Source of the DNA: Armatimonadota bacterium
GTDB taxonomy: Bacteria; Armatimonadota; Hebobacteria; CAIYQO01
Assembly: GCA_038248345.1 (NCBI GenBank)
Contig: JBBRXO010000001.1
Span: 1-64,000, forward strand
DNA length: 64,000 bases
Direction: 5' to 3'
Both the position numbers and the translations under genes were made by a program. Positions 32,087 to 43,404 of the stretch are shown here, piece by piece. Positions within the stretch are counted from its first letter, which is position 1; each line of letters opens with the position of its first letter. Under the pieces are notes generated by a model that was given only the letters and a program-made list of their open reading frames with translations, was not told the origin of the DNA and did not search any database.

Positions 32087-33952
32087 CTATTTCATTTGCG
32101 CAAACCAGGCGGCCAGAGTTACGGCTGGCCAGACGTACATCCAGGTATCCCGCCGCACGGTTACATCGTCTAGATAGCAGGCGAAATATTCATCCAGTCT
32201 GGCGATGTCGACGTACGCTGCCAGCCGCTCGCGTTGGGCGGCCAGCGTCGCACGCAACAGTGTTATATCCATGCTCATGGCCCCATCTACATGCGGGGCC
32301 ATATCAGCCTTGCCTTTGCGCAATTGTATCGCCGGCGGCAGAATACCATGCAATGCATGACGAATTATATAGCGACTGAAGCCGTTATGGTATTTCTGCT
32401 CGGGCGGCATTGCCAGACAGAACTCGACCAATCGTTTATCCCAGAATGGGTAGCGGCCTTCCAACCCAAAATTGGCGCAAACCATATCAAACGATTCAAA
32501 GATCATCTGGTAAAAACCCAACGAAAGATCATTGTACTGCGCTTCACGATCAGACCAGACCCGCTGCATCTTCCGGTTGAAATCACTTTTAATCTTACTG
32601 ATCTGATAACGCTTGTGCAACTCGTGGCGAATTGGGTATTTGATGCGTTTGCCATGTCCATCCGGGTTATTACTAATTAGCGCGGTAATTATCGGTTTAA
32701 AACCCATCTGCCAGGCAAAACGAATGGCGTCTTTACGCCCGGTACCCCACACCGCGTAGGCCTCGCGGTAGAGTGTACGCCATTTCATCCCCAGCGCCAA
32801 CTCTACAAGATACTTCTCACCGTGGCCGATTGCGTTATCACCACCGAAACCTTCCAACATCGTGCGAACACCGCAGAAACGTGCCGAAGTATATGTACCT
32901 TTATGGAGATATATCGTAGTGCCGTAGTAGGGCTCATCTTGCGCCTGCTGCACATCCCAATATGCTTGATAAGGGCTAATTTCATCCATCGGCACCAGGT
33001 GCGGGTCTATCCCCCCCTGCGCTATGACGGCGTTAATGTACTCACGTTCATCACATTCCGGCAACTTGTCATATACCGCTGAGAAAGTCTGCAGTCCCCT
33101 CCCCTGCCCTTCCTGCTGTAATATATCACGCGCCATGCAGGTGATGGAGGAAGAATCGATCCCCCCGCTTAGTGCAGAGCCCAGCGGATAGATACTGCGA
33201 AGCCGGCACCGCACCGCTTCTGCAAATACCTCGCGGAAAGCGGAGCCATATTCTGCATTTGAGTTGAAGCGAATCTCCCTGCTTGGATCTAATGACCAGT
33301 ATCGCTCAACTTTAATGCCTTCGGAATTAACCGTCAAAGTACTGGCCGCCGGCAACCGATGCAACTGCTGATAGAAGCAGTCCGCTTTATCCTCAAAAAT
33401 ACATAATGACAGATATTGGGTGATCTTTTCTTCATTCAATTCACGGGGAATCTGCGGTAATGCGAGTAATCCGCGCACCTGGGTGGCGAAATAGAATTCG
33501 TCTTGTTGAAAAGCATAGTAGAATGGCTTCACACCGAAATGATCGCGCGCACAAAAAAGCTTATGCTGCCAGCCATCCCAGATTGCAAAAGCGAAGTCTC
33601 CTACCAGATGATCGGCGCATTTAGCTCCCCAGCGAACATAGGACGCCAGGATCAGCGCACTGTCGCTAACACCCTCATCAGTGAGATTCAAGCTACCGAG
33701 TAACTCGTTCCGATTATCAATCCGGGCATCTGCGGTAATTGCCAGCCGTGCTTCCGCATCATAAAAAGGAAGCGTTTCCTGCAGCGACTCTGGAGTTGTA
33801 AAAGACATCTGGTGGCCGAAACCAATTTTCCCATGAAACCAAATGCCGTTGCTATCCGGCCCACGATGCACTAATGCTTCCTGCATCATCTCCAGGTCGC
33901 GATGCAGGATGGGGCGCTCTTTAATATTATAGATGCCGGTTATCGCGGACAT
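32087..33952 (-). CDS. Lasso cyclase (asparagine synthetase-like, C)
   Basis: AsnB fold with LSGGIDSS, G.GGD and RYPF.D.RLVEF. The N-terminus is MSAITG, lacking the catalytic Cys of a true glutamine-hydrolysing AsnB. Confidence 0.9.
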   Translation of the reverse strand: MSAITGIYNIKERPILHRDLEMMQEALVHRGPDSNGIWFHGKIGFGHQMSFTTPESLQETLPFYDAEARLAITADARIDNRNELLGSLNLTDEGVSDSALILASYVRWGAKCADHLVGDFAFAIWDGWQHKLFCARDHFGVKPFYYAFQQDEFYFATQVRGLLALPQIPRELNEEKITQYLSLCIFEDKADCFYQQLHRLPAASTLTVNSEGIKVERYWSLDPSREIRFNSNAEYGSAFREVFAEAVRCRLRSIYPLGSALSGGIDSSSITCMARDILQQEGQGRGLQTFSAVYDKLPECDEREYINAVIAQGGIDPHLVPMDEISPYQAYWDVQQAQDEPYYGTTIYLHKGTYTSARFCGVRTMLEGFGGDNAIGHGEKYLVELALGMKWRTLYREAYAVWGTGRKDAIRFAWQMGFKPIITALISNNPDGHGKRIKYPIRHELHKRYQISKIKSDFNRKMQRVWSDREAQYNDLSLGFYQMIFESFDMVCANFGLEGRYPFWDKRLVEFCLAMPPEQKYHNGFSRYIIRHALHGILPPAIQLRKGKADMAPHVDGAMSMDITLLRATLAAQRERLAAYVDIARLDEYFACYLDDVTVRRDTWMYVWPAVTLAAWFAQMK

Positions 33953-34380
33953 GGCTCTCCCAGGGAAATCGGCGGAAAAGAAGTAAACCCGTGGCGTGCA
34001 CTGCCCCCGATAATAATGGTTCCATCACATACTAACCAGGCGTGGGCCAACAGTTTTTTTTCCTGCGGATCTACACCAATAAGCAACTCCGAAGTGTAAC
34101 CAAAATGCCGTAAAAGTATGCCCGCCGCCAACGCCTGCGTGAGGCAAGAGGCATGCGGCACCACCCGGCTGGCAAGTACCACCATGCGGGCGATACGTCC
34201 CGGTTGCGGGCGCGTTGCCAGCGCCTGCTGCTTGTAGGTTACCTTTTTTATCTCCGAGAGATTGCGGTGAAATGGTCTACGATATAAGTTAATACGAACC
34301 TGCCAGACGATTGCGAGCGCCAGAAATAACAAGCCCCAATCCGACTTACTCAGTCGGCGCAAGCGCTGCAGCGGATTCAT
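33940..34380 (-). CDS. Lasso leader peptidase B2 (transglutaminase-like)
   Basis: CL.QALA nucleophile and AHAWL motifs. Confidence 0.9.
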   Translation of the reverse strand: MNPLQRLRRLSKSDWGLLFLALAIVWQVRINLYRRPFHRNLSEIKKVTYKQQALATRPQPGRIARMVVLASRVVPHASCLTQALAAGILLRHFGYTSELLIGVDPQEKKLLAHAWLVCDGTIIIGGSARHGFTSFPPISLGEPCPR

Positions 34381-34663
34381 CGTGAACCTCTATCAATTTA
34401 TTCGTATAAAGATGATTCAGCAGCTCCTGCAAATCCTGCAGGCACTGTTCGGGGGTAACATCGAATTCAGCCATGATGGCTTGTTGCATCGCGGCCACAG
34501 TTTTACCTTCTTGAATAAGAGTCCAGGTGATGGCGCCTTCTTGATTCAATCCATAGTAAATCCCGGTGGCCAAGTTCAACATCACTTGCTCGCCGGTGAC
34601 TTCCGCCGATACCAGATCTGTGGTGGTGACAAATTTCGTTTGCAAGGGAAATTCAATTGCCAT
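34346..34663 (-). CDS. PqqD-family RiPP recognition element (lasso B1)
   Basis: LN..TG.YYGLN..G...W....EFDV......DL..LL..L pattern. AAGGAG RBS. Confidence 0.9.
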   Translation of the reverse strand: MAIEFPLQTKFVTTTDLVSAEVTGEQVMLNLATGIYYGLNQEGAITWTLIQEGKTVAAMQQAIMAEFDVTPEQCLQDLQELLNHLYTNKLIEVHDESAAALAPTE

Positions 34664-35237
34664 GTTTTGAAACTCCTTCTGTAAAATTACTGATACCATT
34701 TTACACTAGCTAGAAGGGAAAAACAATGCTACCAGCAAAAACGACCGATAATGGTGAATCGCTCATCTTCCGTGACGCCTGTCAGCGCAATATCTCCACA
34801 ATTTAGCCAACTGTGCGCAGATATCGGAGTGGACATTATGCTACCTTTGGCTATACCCGGATTTACAATGAGGAGCGGTTGCACCAATCATTGGACTACC
34901 TCACGCCAGCGATGTTGTGGAACGCATAAAATTTCTCTGCAACTAGCGCGCGAGCTTTGGGGGCTACGCGCTCCCAAACCCCGCGGCAGGATACCACCCT
35001 GCACCCAAGTAGCCAGTCAGCTCATCAGGGCGTCCTGCCCTGATGACCCTCCTGGCACTGAATATGAAATTATGGATTTAGGGGATTTAGGGGATTTGCA
35101 ACCCACCAAATTATCGTATTTTTTATGTATTGACAGAGGTGACACTTTAAAAAATGCAGTGGAGAAATCAATATTGAGACAAATCCAATCAAATTTTTGC
35201 TATACTATTTGTGATTCACTGGAAAGGAATACGTGCG

Positions 35238-36227
35238 ATGAAAGTACTTGTCACTGGTGGTGCTGGCTATATCGGCAGCACCATCTGCTCTGCCCTGGAA
35301 GATAGTGGGCATACGCCTGTTATACTAGATTCGCTCATCACCGGCTGCGAGCGATTTACGCAAGGACGGGCCTTTTATAACGGTGATATCGCCGATACCA
35401 CCATATTGGCGCAGATATTCTCCGCGCATCCGGAGATCATCTGCACCATTCATTGCGCTGCTCTCATCAGCGTGCCGGAGTCCGTGGCGCTCCCCTACGA
35501 TTACTACCATAATAATGTGGCGAAGTCGCTGGCGCTTTTTCGCACGTTGGCGCAGCATGGCTGCTCTCATGTGGTCTTCAGCTCTTCTGCATCGGTGTAC
35601 GATGATCCTGCCGATTTTATTGTCACCGAGGCATCACCATTGAACCCCCGAAGCCCCTATGCACGAACAAAATATATGATGGAGTTAGTGCTACAAGATT
35701 TCTGTGCCGCATATGAATTACGTGGCATCGCGTTGCGCTACTTCAACCCCATCGGAGCCGACCCGCAAATGCGCAGCGGTTCCTACGTGGCGAACCCCGC
35801 ACATGTGCTGGGGAAGATCATGAGTGTGGCGGCAGGCAAGGAACCGGTCTTTAACATCACCGGCACCTACTGGCCCACCCGCGATGGCAGCGGGATCCGT
35901 GACTACATCCACGTGTGGGATCTTGCCCGCGCCCACGTGCTAGCCGTGGAGCGCCTGGAGCAGCTCTTCCTAGGTGGAGAGAAGTATCGGGTGATCAACC
36001 TGGGCACCGGCCGTGGTGTAACGGTGAAGGAGCTGGTCCACGCTTTTGAAAGCGTTACCCAACAACCCCTGAACGCCGTAGAAACCCCCGCCCGCCCCGG
36101 TGACATAGCTGGCGCCTACGCCAACGCTGATACCGCCGCGGAATTACTCGGTTGGCACGCCGAACTCCCCATAGAGCGCGGCATCGCCGATGCATTACAG
36201 TGGGAAAAAGTAAAAATAGGACATTAG
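35238..36227 (+). CDS. galE: UDP-glucose 4-epimerase
   Basis: TGGAGYIGS, FSSSA.VY, YARTK, LRYFNP.GAD and RDYIHV.DLA motifs. Confidence 0.92.
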   Translation: MKVLVTGGAGYIGSTICSALEDSGHTPVILDSLITGCERFTQGRAFYNGDIADTTILAQIFSAHPEIICTIHCAALISVPESVALPYDYYHNNVAKSLALFRTLAQHGCSHVVFSSSASVYDDPADFIVTEASPLNPRSPYARTKYMMELVLQDFCAAYELRGIALRYFNPIGADPQMRSGSYVANPAHVLGKIMSVAAGKEPVFNITGTYWPTRDGSGIRDYIHVWDLARAHVLAVERLEQLFLGGEKYRVINLGTGRGVTVKELVHAFESVTQQPLNAVETPARPGDIAGAYANADTAAELLGWHAELPIERGIADALQWEKVKIGH

Positions 36228-36255
36228 CCGGGTATCCCCTGCTACCATCCCAACA

Positions 36256-36290
36256 AAAACGGCCTCCGATAAAAAATCGGAGGCCGTTAT
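36256..36290. terminator. Terminator between convergent galE and tRNA operon
   Basis: AACGGCCTCCGAT/ATCGGAGGCCGTT stem, with the stronger T-run on the minus strand. Confidence 0.75.
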
Positions 36291-36298
36291 AAAAACTT

Positions 36299-36376
36299 TG
36301 GGGTGGGTAATCGGATTCGAACCGACGACCTCTAGTGCCACAAACTAGCGTTCTAACCTGCTGAACTATACCCACC
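36299..36376 (-). tRNA. tRNA-His (GTG)
   Basis: Cloverleaf with G-1, GTG anticodon, GGTTCGAAT T-loop, C73 and encoded CCA. Confidence 0.95.
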
Positions 36377-36397
36377 ACGAACTACCGACATTAATAT

Positions 36398-36473
36398 TGG
36401 TGCGCCCAGCAGGGCTCGAACCTGCGGCCTACTGCTTAGAAGGCAGTTGCTCTATCCGCTGAGCTATGGGCGC
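36398..36473 (-). tRNA. tRNA-Arg (TCT)
   Basis: Cloverleaf, anticodon loop CTTCTAA, encoded CCA. Confidence 0.95.
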
Positions 36474-36476
36474 AGG

Positions 36477-36551
36477 TGGAGCGGGAGACGGGGCTCGAAC
36501 CCGCGACATCCAGCTTGGAAGGCTAGCGCTCTACCACTGAGCTACTCCCGC
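36477..36551 (-). tRNA. tRNA-Gly (TCC)
   Basis: Cloverleaf, anticodon loop CTTCCAA, encoded CCA. Confidence 0.95.
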
Positions 36552-36597
36552 CCAACTTCTTCTTTTTGCACCACTTTTCAATATACCATTTTAAAAA

Positions 36598-36674
<77 letters not shown>

Positions 36675-36687
36675 TTACGCCTTGTGA

Positions 36688-36716
36688 AGTATAACTAAAT
36701 AGCTCCTCTTCGTCAA
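36688..36716 (-). promoter_or_regulatory. tRNA operon promoter
   Basis: TTGACG-17 bp-TATACT on the minus strand just upstream of tRNA-Pro. Confidence 0.7.
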
Positions 36717-36773
36717 CATGCAATATCTGACAATCTTTTCGGGGACTTTTTCCGCATTTTTGCTCCAGTTTAA

Positions 36774-36802
36774 TTGACGAGGTAAAAAGCGTTTGCTATA
36801 CT
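36774..36802 (+). promoter_or_regulatory. Divergent promoter for the response regulator gene
   Basis: TTGACG-17 bp-TATACT with an extended TG. Confidence 0.65.
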
Positions 36803-36859
36803 CTTTATGGAAATTACGCCAATTACTTGAGTGGCGTCGGATACAGAAATGAAAGGTGC

Positions 36860-37270
36860 ATGAAAATGCCGAAAAAAGTACTGGCATGCGATGACGAGAG
36901 ACACATTGTCCGCCTTATTCAGGTTAATCTTGAGCGTGCAGGTTATGAAGTAGTCACCGCGTTCGATGGCCGTGAAGCGCTAAAGAAAATTGATGAAGAA
37001 CACCCAGACATGGTCATCCTTGACGTAATGATGCCCTACATGGACGGTTTCGAAACGCTGAAGAATATCCGTGCTAATCCGGCGACGCGAAATCTGCCTG
37101 TTATCATGCTCACTGCCAAGGCACAAGATCAGGATGTTTTTCAGGGATATTCCCACGGTGTCGATATCTATTTGACGAAACCTTTTAATCCTTTGGAACT
37201 ATTGACCTTCGTGAAACGCATCTTCACCGAAATGGAGTCAGACGAAAATGACAACGTGTACACCGTCTAA
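36860..37270 (+). CDS. Single-domain response regulator (receiver)
   Basis: CDDE, LDVMMP.MDG, MLTA and YLTKPF motifs. No output domain. Confidence 0.92.
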   Translation: MKMPKKVLACDDERHIVRLIQVNLERAGYEVVTAFDGREALKKIDEEHPDMVILDVMMPYMDGFETLKNIRANPATRNLPVIMLTAKAQDQDVFQGYSHGVDIYLTKPFNPLELLTFVKRIFTEMESDENDNVYTV

Positions 37271-37472
37271 ATGTAATTCAGGTGGTTCTGCCTTTGCTCT
37301 ACTGACCGGGATAGTCCTTGCTATGAGTGCGGTTGCAGTGGTGATGGTACTGGCGCATCACCCTGGATGCACTAAAATCAATCCCCAGGAAGAGACTGAC
37401 CGACGGATTGACGAGCTGGAGAAATCAATACACAACCTGCAGAGCAGCTTCTCTGATACCGTCAAATCCTGA
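37248..37472 (+). CDS. Small single-pass membrane protein
   Basis: One hydrophobic helix followed by a short coiled coil. Overlaps the regulator stop and is followed by a terminator. Confidence 0.5.
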   Translation: MTTCTPSKCNSGGSAFALLTGIVLAMSAVAVVMVLAHHPGCTKINPQEETDRRIDELEKSIHNLQSSFSDTVKS

Positions 37473-37493
37473 CCGTACCGGTTTTATAATGGA

Positions 37494-37532
37494 TTCCCCC
37501 GCCCTCGGTCCTTCAGCCGGGGGTGGTTTTGT
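37494..37532 (+). terminator. Probable intrinsic terminator
   Basis: CCCCCG/CGGGGG stem followed by a T-rich tail. Confidence 0.45.
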
Positions 37533-37593
37533 TAAAATCATCCGGCAAATAGCAGAAAAACCATCCTGAAGATGCTATGAAGAATAACCTCCT

Positions 37594-38613
37594 ATGTTCT
37601 CTGATTTCAATTGGCGAAATATATGGTTTACCCCCGAAACCGGCCGCTTCCGCAGCGGGTGGCGCGTGGCAATATACTTGCTATTGGCAAGTACCTTATC
37701 CGGTATGCTCAAGGAGTTCTTTGATCTGCTCCTCAAAATCAGACCGCTCCCCTTTCCTGTAACTCCATCAATTGATTTTGCCATCAGAGATTTTTGTGGT
37801 TTTTTAGCTGCTTTTGCCGTTGGCGTATGGGCTTTGCGCGTGCTGGAGTTATTGCCCCCCCGCGCTTTAGGGGTATCGCTGGAGAAAAATACCACTCGAC
37901 GTTTTTTTTTCGGCATCGCGGCGGGGATGGCATTGATATTATGCTATTGCGTGCTGGCTTTCTTCTCGGGTAGCCTCAGCTGGGAGTTAATATCTATCCC
38001 CAGCAAACAACTGCTATATCTGGCTTTAGCGCTCACATTGTATCTTATTGTGGCCTTTTTCGAGGAACTCCTTTTCCGCGGCTATTACTTTCAAACTTGC
38101 TTACGTGCCTTTGGTTTGTTGCCGACACTGTTGGTTTCATCGATAATCTTTGCCGCTGCCCATGCCAACAATAGCAGCATCTCCCTGATAGGATATGCCA
38201 ATATTGGGATTGTGGGGATTTTTCTCGCCTTGCTCTACCTGCGGTCCGGGTCACTCTGGGCACCCATCGGTTTTCACTTTGGGTGGAATTTTGCGCAGGT
38301 ACTCTTCGGATTTAAAGTAAGCGGCATGAGCAGCATCTTCACTTCGCCGTTTAATGCACTGCCACAAAATCATCCGTGGAGCGCTCTCCTGGCTGGCGAC
38401 GGCTTTGGCCCGGAGGGTGGGATCATCTGCTCGGCCATTCTTCTCGCCGCCGTGGCCGTGGCCGCCCGTGGTCCCTGGGGCATCAGTCTCGATGATGAAT
38501 GGTGGCGCTGGCCCGATGCACAAATCAAAGCAAAAAAACCACCTGTCTGGGATTTTACTATTGGACATAGTTATTTCCAATGGAAACTACCAGCTGATCG
38601 CCGTGATGATTGA
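37594..38613 (+). CDS. CPBP (CAAX/Abi) family intramembrane metalloprotease
   Basis: EELLFRGY, FAAAH, H..WN and GPEGG motifs. Multiple TM helices. Confidence 0.88.
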   Translation: MFSDFNWRNIWFTPETGRFRSGWRVAIYLLLASTLSGMLKEFFDLLLKIRPLPFPVTPSIDFAIRDFCGFLAAFAVGVWALRVLELLPPRALGVSLEKNTTRRFFFGIAAGMALILCYCVLAFFSGSLSWELISIPSKQLLYLALALTLYLIVAFFEELLFRGYYFQTCLRAFGLLPTLLVSSIIFAAAHANNSSISLIGYANIGIVGIFLALLYLRSGSLWAPIGFHFGWNFAQVLFGFKVSGMSSIFTSPFNALPQNHPWSALLAGDGFGPEGGIICSAILLAAVAVAARGPWGISLDDEWWRWPDAQIKAKKPPVWDFTIGHSYFQWKLPADRRDD

Positions 38614-38662
38614 ACGAAAAAGATTATCCCGCTAAAATAGACATACATTTTGAGGTAAAAAT

Positions 38663-40342
38663 ATGCGATTTTCGACACTATTCGCCCCCACCCTGCGCGA
38701 GGTCTCTGCTGATGTGGAGATGACTAGCCATAAACTGCTCTTACGTGCGGGCTATATCCGCCAGCTGGCCGCTGGTGTGTACAGCTTCCTGCCGCTGGGC
38801 TGGCGCGTGCTACGCCGGGTGGAGCAGATCGTACGCGACGAAATGGACGCCGCCGGAGCACAGGAGTTACTTCTCCCTACCCTGCACCCGCAAGAGCTGT
38901 GGGCGGAGAGCGGGCGCGAGGCACGAATGCAGGATGTGCTGCTGGCCACTAAAGACCGCAAGGGGGGCATCTTCTATCTGGGCCCCACACATGAAGAGGT
39001 TATCACAGACCTGGTACGCAAGAACATCAAGTCATATCGCGAATTACCGCTGACGCTTTATCAGATCCAGACGAAGTTCCGCGACGAGCCGCGCCCCCGC
39101 GGTGGGCTGGTGCGCACGCGTGAGTTCATCATGAAGGATGCCTACTCCTTTGATCGGGACGCGGAAGGGCTGGATAAAATCTACCAGCGGATGCACACCG
39201 TGTACCTGAGTATCTTCGCTAAATGCGGGCTGGAGATAACCCCGGTGGCGGCCAGCGGCGGGGCTATCGGCGGCAAAGAGACAGTCGAATTCATGTTGCT
39301 GACCGATGCGGGCGAGGACAGCATCCTCATCTGCCCGGAGTGTGGCTATGCCGCCAACCAGGAGATTGCAGACTTCAAGCCGGTAGACAACGCCAGCATG
39401 GAAGCGCCAGCGGCACTAGCCAGCGTGGATACCCCTGATACTCATACCGTACAGCAGGTGTGCGAGTTCCTCCATACCAAAGCGGAGAAGCTGCTCAAAA
39501 CGCTCATCTATATGGCCGACGGCAAACCGGTGGCGGCGCTCATTCGCGGCGATCAGGAGCTGAATGAGGGGCGTTTCCGCGTGCTATTAGGCGCTGATAC
39601 GCTGGAAATGGCCACCCCGGAGCAGATTCTGGCGGCCACCGGCGGGCCGGTAGGCTTCAGCGGCCCCGTAGGGCTGAATATCCCCATCTATGCCGATGAA
39701 GAGCTAAGCGGGATGACTAATCTTATCACCGGGGGCAATGCGAACAATCTCCATCTGACCAATGTGAACTGGACCGACGTCAAAGGGGAAATCACCTGGG
39801 GGCGGCTACGCTTCGCTACTGCCAGTGACTCCTGCGCGTGTTGCGGGGCCGCATTCACCGAGCGACGCGGAATGGAGCTGGGGCATATCTTCAAGCTTGC
39901 CTACAGCATCAGTGAACCACTGAAAGCCATATTCGCCGATGAGGACGGCAGCGAAAAGACGGTGATCATGGGGTGCTACGGTATCGGCGTCAGCCGTATC
40001 CTCGCCGCAGTGGCGGAGGTGAGCAATGACGATAACGGCATCATCTGGCCGAAGAGTATCGCGCCCTACCAGGTAATTCTAATCGTCGCCAACACCGCCA
40101 ATGAGGAGCAACTGGCGCTGGGCGAAAAGCTTTACGCTGAGCTGCAAGCCGCCGGTATTGAGGTACTCTTTGATGATCGGGCGGAGCGTGCGGGGGTTAA
40201 ATTCAAAGACGCCGACCTCATCGGCATCCCCACGCAGGTAGTAGTGGGCAAACTGGCCGGGGAGAACAAAGTAGAGTTCCGCGACCGCGCCACCAAGTCG
40301 TCCGAGGTAATTGGGGCGAATGACGTAGTCGGGCGGGTATAA
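38663..40342 (+). CDS. proS: Proline--tRNA ligase
   Basis: LGPTHEE, YQIQTKFRDE.RPR.GL.R.REF.MKD.YSF, editing (INS) domain and MGCYGIG. Confidence 0.97.
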   Translation: MRFSTLFAPTLREVSADVEMTSHKLLLRAGYIRQLAAGVYSFLPLGWRVLRRVEQIVRDEMDAAGAQELLLPTLHPQELWAESGREARMQDVLLATKDRKGGIFYLGPTHEEVITDLVRKNIKSYRELPLTLYQIQTKFRDEPRPRGGLVRTREFIMKDAYSFDRDAEGLDKIYQRMHTVYLSIFAKCGLEITPVAASGGAIGGKETVEFMLLTDAGEDSILICPECGYAANQEIADFKPVDNASMEAPAALASVDTPDTHTVQQVCEFLHTKAEKLLKTLIYMADGKPVAALIRGDQELNEGRFRVLLGADTLEMATPEQILAATGGPVGFSGPVGLNIPIYADEELSGMTNLITGGNANNLHLTNVNWTDVKGEITWGRLRFATASDSCACCGAAFTERRGMELGHIFKLAYSISEPLKAIFADEDGSEKTVIMGCYGIGVSRILAAVAEVSNDDNGIIWPKSIAPYQVILIVANTANEEQLALGEKLYAELQAAGIEVLFDDRAERAGVKFKDADLIGIPTQVVVGKLAGENKVEFRDRATKSSEVIGANDVVGRV

Positions 40343-40421
40343 CGTAGCATGGGCACATAGCGGGTAATGACGAATCGTCGGTGGGATCGCGCGATTATTC
40401 AGGAAGACGTTCTCATATCGT

Positions 40422-40612
40422 ACTGTAGCCCGCGCCCGCCGTAGCGCGTTGCTGTCAGAACAGCTCTGACATTCTTTACCTGCCCGGCTATCTCTCGATA
40501 ACCTGCCTAAAAACGGACGGAGTCAACGGAATATGCGGAGCTGGGTTTTTATTTACCGCTCATGATCATTACAAATACGCGCCACGGCGGGCGCGGGACG
40601 CCTGCGTTCCCA
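40422..40612. repeat. Inverted pair of GTAG-type REP-like elements (REPIN-like)
   Basis: 40425-40448 GTAGCCCGCGCCCGCCGTAGCGCG and an inverted copy CGCGCCACGGCGGGCGCGGG at 40578-40597. Same family as 28-52. Confidence 0.7.
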
Positions 40613-40616
40613 AGGA

Positions 40617-41078
40617 TTACACACTCGCTTTGCCCACCGGTTTGCCGTTGTGGAGTATCGCTTGGGGGGGAAGGCTTACTCCCAGGTAGGCGGTCATCTC
40701 ATCATCTTTGGCAATGGTGAAGATAACGCGGCCGCTGTCGCTGCGGAGAAAGACGTACTCGGCTTTGCTCTCACGTTTGCCAGCGCGGGCTTTGCGGGTG
40801 GAGTGCGCCGCGCCGCGATAGACGCAGGTGAACATCTCGCCATCATGCAACATAGCCGAGTCCGGCTGCGCCATCCAGTTATGCTGGAAGCGCTGCAGGA
40901 TAAATATTGATGCCTCCGGCTGTAAGGCCAGCAAAGCGCGCTCATGCGCCGGGGTGGCCCCGGCGATATGCGCCAGATCGATGCGCAGATCTATCTCGTG
41001 GTAGGTATTCTGTTCGGTAACCCGAAAGCGGCACCCATCTACCGACAATACCATCCCGGTGGTCAATTCAAATGTCAT
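40617..41078 (-). CDS. Hypothetical protein (possibly DUF4178-like)
   Basis: 153-aa ORF with an AGGA RBS. The family resemblance is weak. Confidence 0.55.
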   Translation of the reverse strand: MTFELTTGMVLSVDGCRFRVTEQNTYHEIDLRIDLAHIAGATPAHERALLALQPEASIFILQRFQHNWMAQPDSAMLHDGEMFTCVYRGAAHSTRKARAGKRESKAEYVFLRSDSGRVIFTIAKDDEMTAYLGVSLPPQAILHNGKPVGKASV

Positions 41079-41174
41079 TTTATTTCCTAACGTGGGTCAC
41101 ATCCAAAGCCCAATAAAATGGCGCAAGGCAGGTGCCCAATGTGAGTTACATATTAGATATCGTATAGTTACGAC

Positions 41175-41199
41175 GTGGGCACAAGCCCTGTGCCCCTAC
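41175..41199 (-). repeat. GTAG-type REP-like palindrome
   Basis: Reverse complement GTAGGGGCACAGGGCTTGTGCCC. Confidence 0.45.
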
Positions 41200-41349
41200 T
41201 ATTCTACCGGTGCGAAGGATGGCCTGCAAGAGCAACCTCCACCAATTTCCTATTTTCTACCTGCTATTTGCTACAAAGCTAGTGTTTCCACTTTAAGATT
41301 ATGATATAATATGACTTGCCTTGTTTGTTAAGGTTGTATTCTGAGGAGG

Positions 41350-43224
<1,875 letters not shown>

Positions 43225-43275
43225 CCAGGACGAGGGACTTAGACCAGCTTAATCAGGCGCTGCGTCAGGCATTAT

Positions 43276-43305
43276 AAAAGACCGGGATAAATGCCCGGTC
43301 TTTTT
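43276..43305 (+). terminator. ftsH terminator
   Basis: AAAAGACCGGG/CCCGGTCTTTT stem. Confidence 0.8.
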
Positions 43306-43404
43306 CCTTAGCTCATGTTCACATTAAGCTAATATTCGCTAGCTAGCACGCCTTGCATTTGCTATACTATAGTCACAGATTTCTATCAATAGTTGAGAGC
43401 TGAT

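Noticed and set aside
32087..33952. Housekeeping asparagine synthetase asnB
   Set aside because: It lacks the N-terminal catalytic Cys and is flanked by RRE, B2 and a precursor gene, so it is better called a lasso cyclase.
34346..34663. PQQ biosynthesis gene pqqD
   Set aside because: No other pqq genes are present, and the context indicates a lasso RRE.
34751..35305. 184-aa ORF between B1 and galE
   Set aside because: No recognisable domain. It crosses repeat-like and promoter-like DNA and overlaps galE, so it is probably spurious.
37594..38613. CAAX/Abi protease as the lasso immunity or trimming enzyme
   Set aside because: It is separated from the cluster by galE, the tRNAs and a regulator, and appears linked to proS. 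There is no direct support.
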